Shown: positions 1 through 11,180, counted from the stretch's first letter. The stretch: 64,000 bases of DNA from an uncultured Verrucomicrobiae bacterium (GCA_963769025.1 CAVYKI010000009.1:928001-992000); one strand, 5' to 3'. A program made the numbers and translations. Notes: generated from the letters alone by a model not told the origin.

Positions 1-2618
1 CAGGGGTGTGCTCCGGGTCGCGTTTCTCACCCAATGCAAGCTGCCGATCGAGTTCCTTGAAGGCGACCTCGAGTTCGTAGAGCGCGTCGTTGCGCGCCTC
101 GTCCACACGCGGCGCCTGCGAGGTCGGCCCGACAAAGAGGCCGCTGAACAGCCAGCTCAGCGAAGGATGATTTTGCCAGTACGCGATGAGCGAGCGCAGC
201 AGATCGGGCCGCCGAAGCACCGGCGAATCCACCGGCTTCTCAGCGCCGATGAGGATGTGGTTGCCGCCGCCGGTGCCGGTGTGGCGGCCGTCCACCATGA
301 ATTTCTCCGTGCCGAGCCGCGTCTGGCGCGCCTCCTCGTAAAGCACGGTCGTGCGGTCCACGAGTTCGTCCCACGATTTGCTCGGGTGCAGGTTCACTTC
401 GATGACGCCGGGGTCGGGCGTGACCTTGAGCACGTTCAGGCGCGGGTCGCGCGGCGGCGTGTAGCCCTCGATGGCGACCGGCGTGCCAAGTTCCGCGGCG
501 GTGTCTTCGACGGCGGCGATGAGTTCGAGGTAATCTTCCAGCGTCGAAACCGGCGGCATGAACACATGCAGCCTGCCGCCACGCGGTTCGACGCAGAGCG
601 CCGTGCGGACGATCCACGCGGCGGATTCGCCCGGCTTGGGCACGCGCGTCGTGTCTGCGCGCAAGGCTTCCTTTTTCGCGTCCTCCTCGCTCTGTCCGCG
701 ACGCCGCTGCTCCGCGATTTCGCGACGCCAGGGCGTATCGGCACGGCGGTAGCGCTCGCGGAATTCCTCGGGCGACGGCAACGGCGGACGTTCGGCGGTC
801 GGATCGAGTTCGATGATGTAAGGATAGTCCTCCTCCTTCACCCACGGGAGCGATTCCAGCGGGAGACGCAGCCCCATCGGCGAATCGCCGGGCACGAGAT
901 ACAGGCGCTCGGAGCGCAGGAACCACGGTCCGCTCACCCAGAGCGGTGCGTGGTCCTTCCAGCCGCGCTGGATCGGCAGCACGTGGCCGACGATGCTGTC
1001 GAGCCCCTGCTGCTGAATCCGTGCGAGCCGCACGCGCTCCTCATCCTTCTTCTTCGGATCCGCCTTGTGCGGATCCACGTTCGTGGGGAGACGGCGCTCC
1101 TTCCACACGTGATGGAACGGATCCTCGTAGCCGGCCAATATCCACTTCGGGTCCACCCCGATGCGCGCGCTCAGCGCAGCGATGAACTTCGCGGAATCCT
1201 CATTCGTATGTTTGTAGTTCGCAGCCTCCTCGGCGATCAGGTCGTCGCGCTGCCAGACAGGCATGCCATCCTTGCGCCAGTAGGCAGCCGAACGCCCAGC
1301 GCGGGACCGACTCGCCCGGATACCATTTGCCCTGGCCGTAATGCACGAGCGAAGCCGGCGCGAATTTTCCGCGCAGCCGCTTCAGCAACGTGTCGGAGAG
1401 GACACGCTTTTTCGGCGAGGTCGCCGAGAAATTCCACTCGGGCCCTTCCGGGTCGTCGATCGAGATGAATGTCGGCTCGCCTCCCATCGTGAGTCGGACG
1501 TCGTGCTTCGTGAGGTCCGCATCGATGGCATGCCCGAGCTTCTCGATCTCGGTCCACTGCTCCTCGCTGTAGGGCTTGGTGACACGCGGCGATTCGTAGA
1601 TGCGCGTGACCTTCATCTCGTGGAGCAGCTTCGACTCGCACGGGTCCACCGCACCGGTCACCGGCGCCGCGGTGCTCGGCTCCGGCGTGCAACTCAGCGG
1701 GATGTGTCCCTCGCCCGCGAGCAGGCCGCTTGTCGGATCAAACCCGACCCATCCCGCTCCCGGCAGGTACACTTCGCACCACGCGTGGAGGTCCGTGAAA
1801 TCCACCTCAGTGCCGCTCGGTCCGTCGAGCGACTTCACGTCGGGCTTGAGCTGGATGAGGTATCCGCTGACGAAGCGCGCCGCCAATCCGAAGTGCCGCA
1901 GCAACTGGACGAGCAACCACGCGGAATCGCGGCACGATCCGCTGAGGTTGCCGAGGGTTTGCTCGGGCGACTGCACGCCGTGTTCCAGCCGGATGAGATA
2001 CCTGATGTCGCCCTGAAGCCGCTGGTTGATGGCGACCATGAAATCGATGGTGCGCAGTTCCTTCTTCGCAGCCGCGCCTTTCGCAGCCGGGATCTCCGGC
2101 TGGCCCGCAACAGGAGCGGGCATCTGTCCGCCTTCCGTATGGACATCCGTACGATGCAAACCCGCCGGCGCCGGCACATGCGTGAGGGCTTCGGGATGTC
2201 CGAGGATGTCGCGCTTCAGTGTGGAAAAATACGATGCGAGTTTCGGCGTGAGCGGACACGGTTCGAGGAATGGCGTGAGATCCTTTTTCGTCGTCGCCTC
2301 GTAGGCGAACGGAAAATTGGCCGCGGCCTCCTCGATGAAAAAGTCGAAGGGATTCAGCACGGACATTTCCGCGACGAGCTCCACCTCCACGCAGAATTCC
2401 TTCATCTTGTCCGGGAAAACGAGCCGTGCATTCCAGTTTGCAAAGGGATCCTGCTGCCAGTTGATGAAGTGCTCCCCGCCGGTGATCTTCTGCGAATAGC
2501 TCAGGATTTTCGTCCGGCAGTGCGGCGCAGGCCGCAGGCGCACGACATGCGGCGCGTGGGCGACAGCCCGGTCGTACGTGTAATGCGTGCGGTGATGGAG
2601 TGCGACGTGAATGGCCAT
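1..2618 (-). CDS. Transglutaminase-like protein (N-terminal transglutaminase domain + core + DUF2126-type C-terminal region); runs off the window start; about 2 apparent frameshifts
   Basis: Starts MAIHVALHHRTHYTYDR; triad motifs GSCRD, DLHAW and FDPT. After shifts near 1283 and 1205 it continues (TPDPGVIEVN, GTGGGNH, GPTSQAPRVDE) to position 1. Confidence 0.85.
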
Positions 2619-2663
2619 GATTTTTCCCTGTGTGCCCTGCCGCCGGGGCGCGGCGTTGCGGCG

Positions 2664-3681
2664 TTACTGTTGCTGCTGCATCTCCTGCTGCACGATGATC
2701 TCGTCTTCGAGATTCGTGAACGGCTGGGAGATGTAGGCGTTGAAAAGAGCTTCGCCGATCGCGTTGAACTTCACCTGCAACTGATCGAGGTATTCGTGCA
2801 GCCCGAACGCGAGCACTTCGTCGATCGAGCCGTACTCCAGCTCCGCGAGGAGGCGTCCGCTGAGTTTCTCGCCGTCGTTGCTGAAGCGCCGCGGCGCCAC
2901 CCCGGAGATTCGCCGCAGCGAGTCATCCAGCTTCTCCACGCAGAAACGCACGCTGCGCGGAAACTCGTCGCTGAAGAGCAGCATCTCCGCGACCCACTCG
3001 GGCCGCACCTCCGCACCGTACGCGGCCTTGTAGGCGTCCCACGCGCTGCACGAACGGAGCATCGCGCTGAGTTCGAGGGCATCGCGCTGCGACATTGGGC
3101 GCGGCGTTTCCTTCGTCGGGAAAATCGCGTGCCGCACGTCGAGGATGCGCGTGATCTTGTCCGCGCGCTCGAGGAACTTGCCGACCTGCATGAAATACCA
3201 GCCTTCGTTGTGGACGATGGTCGCGTAGATGGTGCCGACGAGCAGCAGGCTGGTATTCCGGATCTGGCCGAAAAAATCCACCGGGCTGCGCCGCCACAAA
3301 TCGCGCGCATCGCTGGAACGGATCCAAAGATACAGGCGGTTCAGTTCCAGCCACAGCTCCGCGGTGATCTGGTCGCGCACCATCCGCGCATTTTCACGCG
3401 CCTGGCTGACGGAGCTGAGGATGGAGTTCGAATTCTCGGCATCGAAGACGAGGAACTCCGTGACGCTCGGTCCCGTGGCCTTTGGGTTCCGTTTCAGGAA
3501 CTTCTCCTCGTCACCGGTGCTCTCGATGATGGGCATCCAGTGCTCCGCCAGGCTCTGGTCATCGAGCTTCCGGAAGTCGAGCAGGAGTTGGAGATTCACG
3601 TCCACGATGCGCGCGGTATTGTCCGCACGCTCGATGTAGCGGCTCATCCAGTAGAGGCAGTTGGCAACGCGGCGAGAGCAT
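2664..3681 (-). CDS. Alpha-E domain protein (DUF403 family)
   Basis: MLSRVANCLYWMSRYIERA start is restored by removing one base near 3671; two ER motifs (YIERA, FLERA); FPRSV motif; ORF track 2664..3647. Confidence 0.88.
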
Positions 3682-3687
3682 CGGAGA

Positions 3688-3708
3688 TTTAAGGTTTAAG
3701 GTTCAGGA
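3688..3708. repeat. Short intergenic heptamer tandem repeat (TTTAAGG TTTAAGG TTCAGGA)
   Basis: Read directly; fills most of the gap between the ATP-grasp and alpha-E genes. Confidence 0.5.
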
Positions 3709-3710
3709 TT

Positions 3711-5157
3711 TCACTCGTCCCCGTAGAGCACCCAGGTGTCCTTCGAGCCGCCGCCCTGCGAGGAATTCACGACCAGCGATCCTTTGCGCAATGCCACGCG
3801 CGTCAGGCCGCCGGGGACGATGACGACTTTCTCGCCGTAGAGCACGAACGGACGCAGGTCGATGTGGCGTCCCTCGAAGGTTCCGTCGTCCTGGCGGGTG
3901 GGATGCGTGCTCAGCGAAATCATCGGCTGCGCGATGTAGTTGCGCGGGTCGGCCTTGATGAGTTCGCGGAACTTCTCGATTTCCTCCGTCGAGGACTTCG
4001 GCCCCATCAGCATGCCGTAGCCGCCGGATTCGTTCGCCGCCTTCACGACGAGCTTGCCGAGATTCTCCATGATGTATGTCGAAGTCCTTTTCCTCGCTCG
4101 CGAGATACGTCGGCACGTTCGGCAGGATCGGTTCCTGATCGAGGTAATACTTAATCATCTTCGGCACGAAGTAGTACATCACCTTGTCATCCGCGATGCC
4201 GGTGCCGATGGAGTTCGCGAGCGACACATTGCCGGAGCGGTACGCGTGGATGAGGCCCGGCACGCCGAGCGCGCAGTCGCGGCGGAAGACCGTGGGATCG
4301 AGAAAATCGTCGTCGAGCCGCCGGTAGATCACGTGGACCTGCTTCTGCCCCTTCGTCGTGCGCATGAAGACGCGCCCGTCGCGCACGACGAGGTCGCGGC
4401 CTTCGACGATCTCGATGCCCATCTGCCGCGCGAGATACGTGTGCTCGAAGTACGCGCTGTTGTACGAGCCCGGCGTCAGCAGCACGACGTTCGGCTCCGC
4501 CACGCCGTCCGGCGCGATGTATTGCAGCATCTTCAGCAAGCTCCTGCGGATAGTGCTCCACCGGCCGCACGCCGATGCTCCTCGAACATCCCCGGGAACG
4601 TGCGCTTCATCGCGCCGCGATTTTCCAGCACGTAGCTCACGCCGCTCGGGCAGCGGCCGTTGTCCTCGAGCACGAGGTAGTTGCCGTCCGCGTCGCGGAT
4701 GAGATCGGTGCCGCAGATGTGGATGTAGATGTCCTTCGGGACCTGGAAGTTCACGAACTCACGCCGGAAATGTTTTCCCGAGAGCACGTAGAACGGCGGA
4801 ATCGTCCCGTCCTTGAGGATGTTCTGCTCGTGGTAGATGTCGTGCAGGAAAAGATTCAGCGCGGTGATGCGCTGGATCAGCCCCGACTCGATGCGCTCCC
4901 ATTCCTTCGCCGGGATGATGCGCGGCACGAGATCGAACGGGAAATATGCGCTCCGTCCCTTGCGCGTCGCCATAGACGTTGAACGTGATGCCCTGGCGCA
5001 GGAACGCGAGGTCGGCGGCATGCCGCTTCTGCTCGAATTCATCGAACGGCATCTGGCGAAGCAACCGCTCAAACTTGGCATAGTGCGGACGGATCGCTCC
5101 GTCCGCGCCCGCCATCTCATCATAGAAATGTGACCCTGAAGAATATCCCTTTAGCAC
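3711..5157 (-). CDS. Circularly permuted type 2 ATP-grasp protein (4 apparent +1 frameshifts)
   Basis: Fragments [45 protein letters not shown] and [14 protein letters not shown] are spread over ORFs 4759..5157, 4533..5123, 3703..4539 and 3711..4070. Confidence 0.9.
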
Positions 5158-5269
5158 GGCGGCACTGTCTTTACCGAGGAAGCGCGGATTTCTGCAAGCG
5201 CCGATTCATTCCGCACGCATCGCGCCCCCTGCGCATTCACACCGCGATCCTGCCTCGGAAATTTGCTGC

Positions 5270-6976
5270 CTAAGCGGGCTGGACTTCGGCGCGGAAAATC
5301 TCGAGCGCCTTGCGGATCAGCGGGTCGCGTTTGAATTCCTCCATCGGATCGAGCTTCGGCTCCGGAGCCGGTTTCGGTATCTGTCTGGCGATGATCCCAT
5401 CGCGGATGTCCAGCGAGAGATTCACCTTGCGACCGAGAATGGCGCTCGCGGCGCTCGTCAAAAATTCGCGGTGACCTTGCTCGAGGAAGTCCTTTGAAAA
5501 CGCCTGGTCCGGAGGAAACCCGATCTGCACGGACGGACCCTCGATGCGAATCACCGCGCCCGCTTCCAGCCATGCGCTGATGAGCTTGCGGTCGCGCCGC
5601 ACGGCTTCCACGAGCGCCTTCCAGAATTCCTCGTTCGACATGGCTGCCGAGGGGGCAGCCACGGGCGGTGGCTCGGCCAATTTCGGGGTCTCCACGACGC
5701 GCGCCTCCGCAGTCGGCGGCTTCGCAATCGGTGACGCGGAGGGCGGAGCACTCTGCGGGCGAGCCACCGCCCGGCGCGGCTCGGCGCGCGGCACGACAGG
5801 CGCGGCAAGCTGCGTGCCGGCGGGCAGCGGTTGCCCACCGCGCATTGCGGCGAGCGTATCGATGACCTCGGTGAGCGTGGCGCTTTGCAGGATCTGGATG
5901 GCGCGAATGGCCGCGACCTCGAAGTGCATCTTCTTGTTCACCGCCCATTTCATCCGGCCCTCGGCACCGGCGAATTGCTCGATGAGATCGAGCACCTTTT
6001 CCATCGGCACACGCCCGGCCTGCTCCTGCATGATGGCGACGGCCTCGGGCATCCATTCGTCGCCGAGTCCGTTCGGGTCGGCCTTGAGGACGAGAAGGTT
6101 GCGCAGGTGCGTGATGAGTTCGTTCATCAGACGCGCGAGATCTTTCCCGGCTTCCGCCTGCTCGTGGATTGCCGCGAGCGCAGCGGGTGCGTCGGCATTG
6201 AGGATGGCCTCGCAGAGCTGGGTCACCGTCTGCGCACTCGTGAAACCGAAGACGCTGAGCACATCCGCCTCCGTGATGGAGTCGCCGCAAAATGCGACGA
6301 GCTGATCGAGCATCGACTCCGCATCGCGCAAGCCGCCCTCGGCACCGCGCGCGACAGACTCGGCGGCTTCGGGCGCGAGCGTGAAGCCCTCGTTTTTCGC
6401 GATGAAAAGCAGGTGGCGCGCGATGGTAGCCGCAGGGATGCGCTTGAGGTCGAAACGCTGGCAGCGGCTGAGGATCGTCGTCGGCACCTTTTGCACATCG
6501 GTCGTGGCAAAGAGGAACTTCACATGCGGCGGCGGCTCCTCGAGTGTCTTGAGCAGTGCGTTGAATGATCCCGTCGAGAGCATGTGCACCTCGTCCACGA
6601 GGTAGATTTTGTAACGCCCGTTCACCGGCACGTAGTTCACGCGGTCGAGGATGAGGTCGCGCACCTTGTCCACCTGCGTGTTCGACGCCGCGTCGAATTC
6701 GATCACGTCGAGCGAGCGCCCCTCGGCAATCTCGCGGCAGACTTCCTCCTCGGGATCAAAGTCCGCGTTTGGCCCGTCCGAGCAGTTCAGCGCCTTGGCA
6801 AAAATGCGCGCGGTCGAGGTCTTCCCGGTGCCGCGCGGGCCGACGAAAATGTAGGCGTGCGCGATGCGGTTTTGCTCGATGGCGTTGCGAAGCGTCCGCG
6901 TGATGTGCTCCTGGCCGAGGACATCCGCGAAGGTCTTGGGGCGGTACTTGCGTGCGAAAACCGTGTAGCTGCTCAC
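5270..6976 (-). CDS. dnaX: DNA polymerase III subunit gamma/tau
   Basis: ARKYRPKTF, Walker A GPRGTGKT, DEVHML, LLKTLEEPP, SRCQ; GTG start at 6976 inferred. Confidence 0.96.
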   Translation of the reverse strand: MSSYTVFARKYRPKTFADVLGQEHITRTLRNAIEQNRIAHAYIFVGPRGTGKTSTARIFAKALNCSDGPNADFDPEEEVCREIAEGRSLDVIEFDAASNTQVDKVRDLILDRVNYVPVNGRYKIYLVDEVHMLSTGSFNALLKTLEEPPPHVKFLFATTDVQKVPTTILSRCQRFDLKRIPAATIARHLLFIAKNEGFTLAPEAAESVARGAEGGLRDAESMLDQLVAFCGDSITEADVLSVFGFTSAQTVTQLCEAILNADAPAALAAIHEQAEAGKDLARLMNELITHLRNLLVLKADPNGLGDEWMPEAVAIMQEQAGRVPMEKVLDLIEQFAGAEGRMKWAVNKKMHFEVAAIRAIQILQSATLTEVIDTLAAMRGGQPLPAGTQLAAPVVPRAEPRRAVARPQSAPPSASPIAKPPTAEARVVETPKLAEPPPVAAPSAAMSNEEFWKALVEAVRRDRKLISAWLEAGAVIRIEGPSVQIGFPPDQAFSKDFLEQGHREFLTSAASAILGRKVNLSLDIRDGIIARQIPKPAPEPKLDPMEEFKRDPLIRKALEIFRAEVQPA

Positions 6977-7163
6977 GCCGCGAAGTCTGTGTGGTGCGGA
7001 CCTCCGCGCAAATGGAAAAAGCAGACGAACTCGTGAAAACACCGCCCGCCCGACGCAGGAACTTCATTTTCGCGGGCTAGCCACGCATCTCCAATGAATG
7101 CTCCGGACCGTCAGCCGTCCAATAAGGTGGCTCGCCGCGTGCTACATTTACTCCAGTCACCCA

Positions 7164-7331
7164 ATGAAAAAGTCCGAATCCAGCCGCCCGAACGCGGACT
7201 CCGGCCGCCAATCGCCGGCCGGCCGCGGCTCGGGCACTGCGGTGCTCAATGCGATCCTCAAGACCGCATACCGCCGCCATGCGCGTGGTCGCGTGGCGCT
7301 CGCCGCCGTGACCGCATGCCTCGGGCGCTAG
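7164..7331 (+). CDS. Candidate small protein (55 aa)
   Basis: ATG...TAG in the dnaX-proC gap; mostly G/C-ending codons like neighbouring genes; no recognised family. Confidence 0.35.
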   Translation: MKKSESSRPNADSGRQSPAGRGSGTAVLNAILKTAYRRHARGRVALAAVTACLGR

Positions 7332-7389
7332 CATCATTCGCCCCGCTCCGCGCTTCCCTTCGCCGCGGAGCACGCTAAACGTCGCGGCC

Positions 7390-8238
7390 ATGAAACTAGG
7401 CTTCATCGGCTGCGGCAAAATGGCCACGGCTCTCATCAAAGGCGTCCTCAAGTCCGGATTGTGCAGCCCGGCGGACATCACCGTCAGCGACGTCCATGCG
7501 TCTTCGGTGAAAAAACTAAGCACGGAAACCGGGGTGACTGCCGCGGGTTCCAACACCGAGGTCGTGAGCGCCAGCGAGGCCATCCTCCTCGCCGTGAAGC
7601 CCGCCGACGCGCTGACGGCAGTCCAGAGCCTCACTACCCAGCAGATGGAATCCTCGATGAGTTGGGCGTGGCAGGGCGGATCGGGCAAGGCGGGAAAATT
7701 GCTCATCTCCATTGTCGCCGGCCTTTCCATCCGCAGCCTCGAAGGCGCGGCAGGCGAGAAACTCCGCGTCATCCGCGTGATGCCCAATACCCCCGCGCTC
7801 ATCCTTGCAGGAACGTCCGCGTTTGCCCTCGGCACCAAGGCGACCGAGGCGGATGCAGCCGTGGCGGAGAAAATCTTCTCCAGCGTCGGCGTCGCAGTCT
7901 GCGTAAAGGAGGCGCTCCTCGACACCGTGACCGGCCTGAGCGGCAGCGGCCCCGCGTATGTGTACACCATCATCGAGGCCCTCGCAGATGGCGGCGTGCT
8001 GATGGGCCTCCCTCGCGAACTCGCGCTCCAGCTCGCGGCAAAGACCGTCGCCGGCGCCGCCGAGATGGTCCTTCAAAGCGGGATGCACCCCGCCGTGCTG
8101 CGCGACCAGGTGACCAGCCCCGGCGGCACGACCATCGCGGGCATCGAGGCATTGGAAGCCGGCGGCCTCCGCGCCGCGCTCATCGCCGCAGTGCGCGTCG
8201 GCACCGAGCGCGCGACCGCACTCGGCGCCACGAAATGA
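7390..8238 (+). CDS. proC: Pyrroline-5-carboxylate reductase
   Basis: GFIGCGKMA, AVKP, RVMPNTP, SGSGPAY, VTSPGGTT. Confidence 0.96.
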   Translation: MKLGFIGCGKMATALIKGVLKSGLCSPADITVSDVHASSVKKLSTETGVTAAGSNTEVVSASEAILLAVKPADALTAVQSLTTQQMESSMSWAWQGGSGKAGKLLISIVAGLSIRSLEGAAGEKLRVIRVMPNTPALILAGTSAFALGTKATEADAAVAEKIFSSVGVAVCVKEALLDTVTGLSGSGPAYVYTIIEALADGGVLMGLPRELALQLAAKTVAGAAEMVLQSGMHPAVLRDQVTSPGGTTIAGIEALEAGGLRAALIAAVRVGTERATALGATK

Positions 8239-8930
8239 AACTTGGCATCCCGGTGCGCGTGGCCGTGCTGGGTGCGCTCGCCATGGGCGCTGCCGCGGCA
8301 CCGAAGCCAAAGGCCGTCCCCGCAATCCCCGCCGTGCCCACGGCGACACCGCCTCCCCCGCTCACGCAGGACCACCAGACCGCACAGCAATTGTACGAAA
8401 TGGCGCTGAAAAATTTCACCCTGGGCAATCTCGACGCCGCAAAGGCGGGCTTCCACAAAGTGCTCGGCATCGCCCCGGAAAATGCGCCGGCGCTCATCAA
8501 TCTCGCCATCATCGCGCAACGCCAGCAGCGGGACGACGACGCTGAAAAATTTCTCCGCCGGGTGCTCCAGAAGGACACGCAAAACGCCACGGCATGGCTG
8601 CTCCTCGGCATCCGCGCCTACGAGCAGGGCAGGCTCGACGCGGCACTCGCCCACCTCGCCCAAGCCGTGCTCCACGCTCCTCAGGACGCGCGCGCGCATC
8701 AATACCTCGGCGCCACGCTCGGCCGCCGCGGCTGGTACAATGCAGGCGAGGAGGAACTGCGCCGCGCGCTCGAACTCGATCCGAAATCCGGCGACGCGCA
8801 CTACAATCTCGCCGCGATCTACATGGAGCGCATCCCTCCCTCCGTCGAACTCGCGCGCCGCCATTACGTAAAGGCTCTGGAACTTGGCGCAGCGCCCGAT
8901 GAAAAGCTCGCGGACCGGATCGGCAAGTGA
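8235..8930 (+). CDS. Secreted tetratricopeptide repeat protein
   Basis: ATGA overlap with proC; signal-like N-terminus, Pro/Ala linker, several TPR units (e.g. AHYNLA, ALELDP). Confidence 0.85.
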   Translation: MKLGIPVRVAVLGALAMGAAAAPKPKAVPAIPAVPTATPPPPLTQDHQTAQQLYEMALKNFTLGNLDAAKAGFHKVLGIAPENAPALINLAIIAQRQQRDDDAEKFLRRVLQKDTQNATAWLLLGIRAYEQGRLDAALAHLAQAVLHAPQDARAHQYLGATLGRRGWYNAGEEELRRALELDPKSGDAHYNLAAIYMERIPPSVELARRHYVKALELGAAPDEKLADRIGK

Positions 8931-8993
8931 ATGATCTGCCTCAGCTCCTTGCGTCGCCGTTTTCCGCCGCTACGGTGCGCGAAGATTGATTTC

Positions 8994-9932
8994 ATGAGCC
9001 GAATTGCCGCGTTTCTACTCACACTCGTTTTGCTGCTCGCGCCGGCCGCCGCCGCGCCGAAGTCCGCGAAGAAGCCGAAAACCCCGTCGCGCACCACCTC
9101 GCCGGCAAAGCCGGAGTCGCCGGGAGTCGCCCGCCCATTTGCGGTGGATGACAACGACCCGAGCGTCTTCCCCGTGGTGGCCGCAGAGGCCGTGATCCTC
9201 TGCGATGCGGTGACGGGGCGCGTGCTTTACGAGAAAAACGCCGACCAAATCCGCGCCGTGGCCAGCACGCAGAAGCTGCTGACCGCGCTCGTCATTGCCG
9301 AGGCAGGCGACCTGTATTCGCAGGTACGTGTCGAATACGAGGACACCTTGTGCGAGCCGACGAAGCTGGGGCTGAAGACCGGGGAATCCTACCGCCGCTA
9401 CGACCTGCTGAAAATCCTCCTCATCAAAAGCATGAACGACGTGGCCCGCTGCCTCGCGCGCGACAACGCAGGGAGCATCGAGGCCTTTTCGGCGAAGATG
9501 AACGCGAAGGCGCGGGAGATCGGCATGCGGAACTCGAACTTCGTGAATCCGAACGGGCTCACCGAACCGAAACAGTATTCCACGGCGCGGGACATGGCGC
9601 GGCTCGCGCTGTTCGCTTACCGCAACCGCATCGTCCGCAACATCGTGAGCGAGCGCACCCTCACGTGGCGTTCGCCCAGCGGAAAGGCGACCGTTTACGA
9701 GAACACGAACAAGCTGATGAAATACCTCGGCATCTGCAACGGCATGAAGACCGGCTACACCGAGGCCGCGGGCCATTGCCTCGTGTCGAGCGCCTCGGAG
9801 GGCGGGAAGCATCTCGTCGCCGTGGTGCTCGGGGATCGGCGGCGCGAGGCCATCTGGACGGACAGCTACCGGATGCTGAACTGGGGCCTGTATCAGCTGA
9901 AGAACCAGCCCGCGCCCGCCGCCTCGAACTGA
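8994..9932 (+). CDS. D-alanyl-D-alanine carboxypeptidase (peptidase S11)
   Basis: SxxK (STQK), SxN (SMN), FVNPNGL, STARD and KTG motifs; signal peptide. Confidence 0.92.
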   Translation: MSRIAAFLLTLVLLLAPAAAAPKSAKKPKTPSRTTSPAKPESPGVARPFAVDDNDPSVFPVVAAEAVILCDAVTGRVLYEKNADQIRAVASTQKLLTALVIAEAGDLYSQVRVEYEDTLCEPTKLGLKTGESYRRYDLLKILLIKSMNDVARCLARDNAGSIEAFSAKMNAKAREIGMRNSNFVNPNGLTEPKQYSTARDMARLALFAYRNRIVRNIVSERTLTWRSPSGKATVYENTNKLMKYLGICNGMKTGYTEAAGHCLVSSASEGGKHLVAVVLGDRRREAIWTDSYRMLNWGLYQLKNQPAPAASN

Positions 9933-9938
9933 TCGCGC

Positions 9939-11102
9939 ATGGCGGCGAGCATCGAAGACCAGCTTGCAGAACTGCGCTCGCTCTCGCTGCTTCGGCGGCT
10001 GCGCACTTTCGATACCCCGCAGCAGCCGGAGATCGAGGAGGCGGGAAACCGGCTGATCAGTTTTGCATCGAACGACTACCTCGGGCTCGCGACGGAACCT
10101 GTGCTCAAGGAAGCGGCGAAGGCGGCCATCGATCGCTACGGCGTCGGCAGCGGCGCGGCGCGGCTCATTTCCGGCACGCTCGCGCCGCACGCGCAGCTCG
10201 AGGAGGCAATCGCGCGGTTCAAAGGGACCGAGGCGGCGCTCGCATTTGCGAGCGGCTACGCGACGGCCCTCGGCACGCTCGGCGCGCTCTGCGGCGAGCA
10301 GGATGTCATCATTCTCGACAAGCTCAGCCACGCGTCTCTGATCGACGGCGCACGTCTGAGCCGCGCGACGATGCGCGTCTTTCCGCACAACCACCTGGGC
10401 AAACTCGAAAGCCACCTCGAATGGGCCGCGGCCAATCATCCCGATGCGCGCGTGATCATCGTGACCGAGGCGGTGTTCAGCATGGATGGCGACCGCGCGC
10501 CGCTGACGGAGATCGTCGCCCTGAAGAACCGCTTCGGCGCGATGCTCCTCGTCGATGAGGCGCACGCAGTCGGTGTCCTCGGGCGCAACGGTCGCGGGCT
10601 CGCCGACGCGCTCCGACTGGAAGGCGAGGTGGACATCCAGATGGGCACGCTCAGCAAGGCGCTCGGCGTGGCCGGTGGCTACATCGCCGGCTCGCGCCGG
10701 CTCATCGAACTGCTCATCAATCGCGCGCGCAGCTTCATCTTTTCGACCGCTCCCCCGCCCTCCACCGCGGCAGCGGCGTGCGCGGCGATCGAATTCATGC
10801 TGAGCGACGCCGGCGAGAAGCGCCGCGAACAGCTCTGGCAAAACCTCGGCTGTTTTGGCGAGGAGATGCCGCAGCTTTTCTCCGACGGGCGGAAAATCCA
10901 GAGCGCGATCATCCCGCTCATCCTCGGCGACAGCGGACGGGCGCTGGAAGCTGCGGACCGGCTCGCAGAACGCGGCTTTTACGTCCCCGCGATCCGGCAT
11001 CCCACCGTGCCCCGGGACGCCGCGCGCCTGCGCCTCACCATTTCCGCGCGTCACACGCCGCAGCAAATCGCCGCCGTTTGCGGCGTCCTCCGGTCGCTTT
11101 GA
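9939..11102 (+). CDS. bioF: 8-amino-7-oxononanoate synthase
   Basis: SNDYLGL, HASLIDG, FSMDGD, DEAH, and TLSKA (PLP lysine). Confidence 0.93.
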   Translation: MAASIEDQLAELRSLSLLRRLRTFDTPQQPEIEEAGNRLISFASNDYLGLATEPVLKEAAKAAIDRYGVGSGAARLISGTLAPHAQLEEAIARFKGTEAALAFASGYATALGTLGALCGEQDVIILDKLSHASLIDGARLSRATMRVFPHNHLGKLESHLEWAAANHPDARVIIVTEAVFSMDGDRAPLTEIVALKNRFGAMLLVDEAHAVGVLGRNGRGLADALRLEGEVDIQMGTLSKALGVAGGYIAGSRRLIELLINRARSFIFSTAPPPSTAAAACAAIEFMLSDAGEKRREQLWQNLGCFGEEMPQLFSDGRKIQSAIIPLILGDSGRALEAADRLAERGFYVPAIRHPTVPRDAARLRLTISARHTPQQIAAVCGVLRSL

Positions 11103-11180
11103 GAGGTGGCTCGCGGTCCCGGCGTTGAAAAGCCGGGCGCCCCGACTACCCTGAGCCCGGCAGTCCCCGCGCACACTCCC

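Noticed and set aside
5270..6976. Programmed gamma/tau frameshift in dnaX
   Set aside because: No AAAAAAG-type slippery site or long A run seen on the coding strand.
6980..7389. SRP RNA or riboswitch upstream of dnaX
   Set aside because: No SRP domain IV (CAGG...GGAA...AGCA) pattern or recognisable aptamer on either strand.
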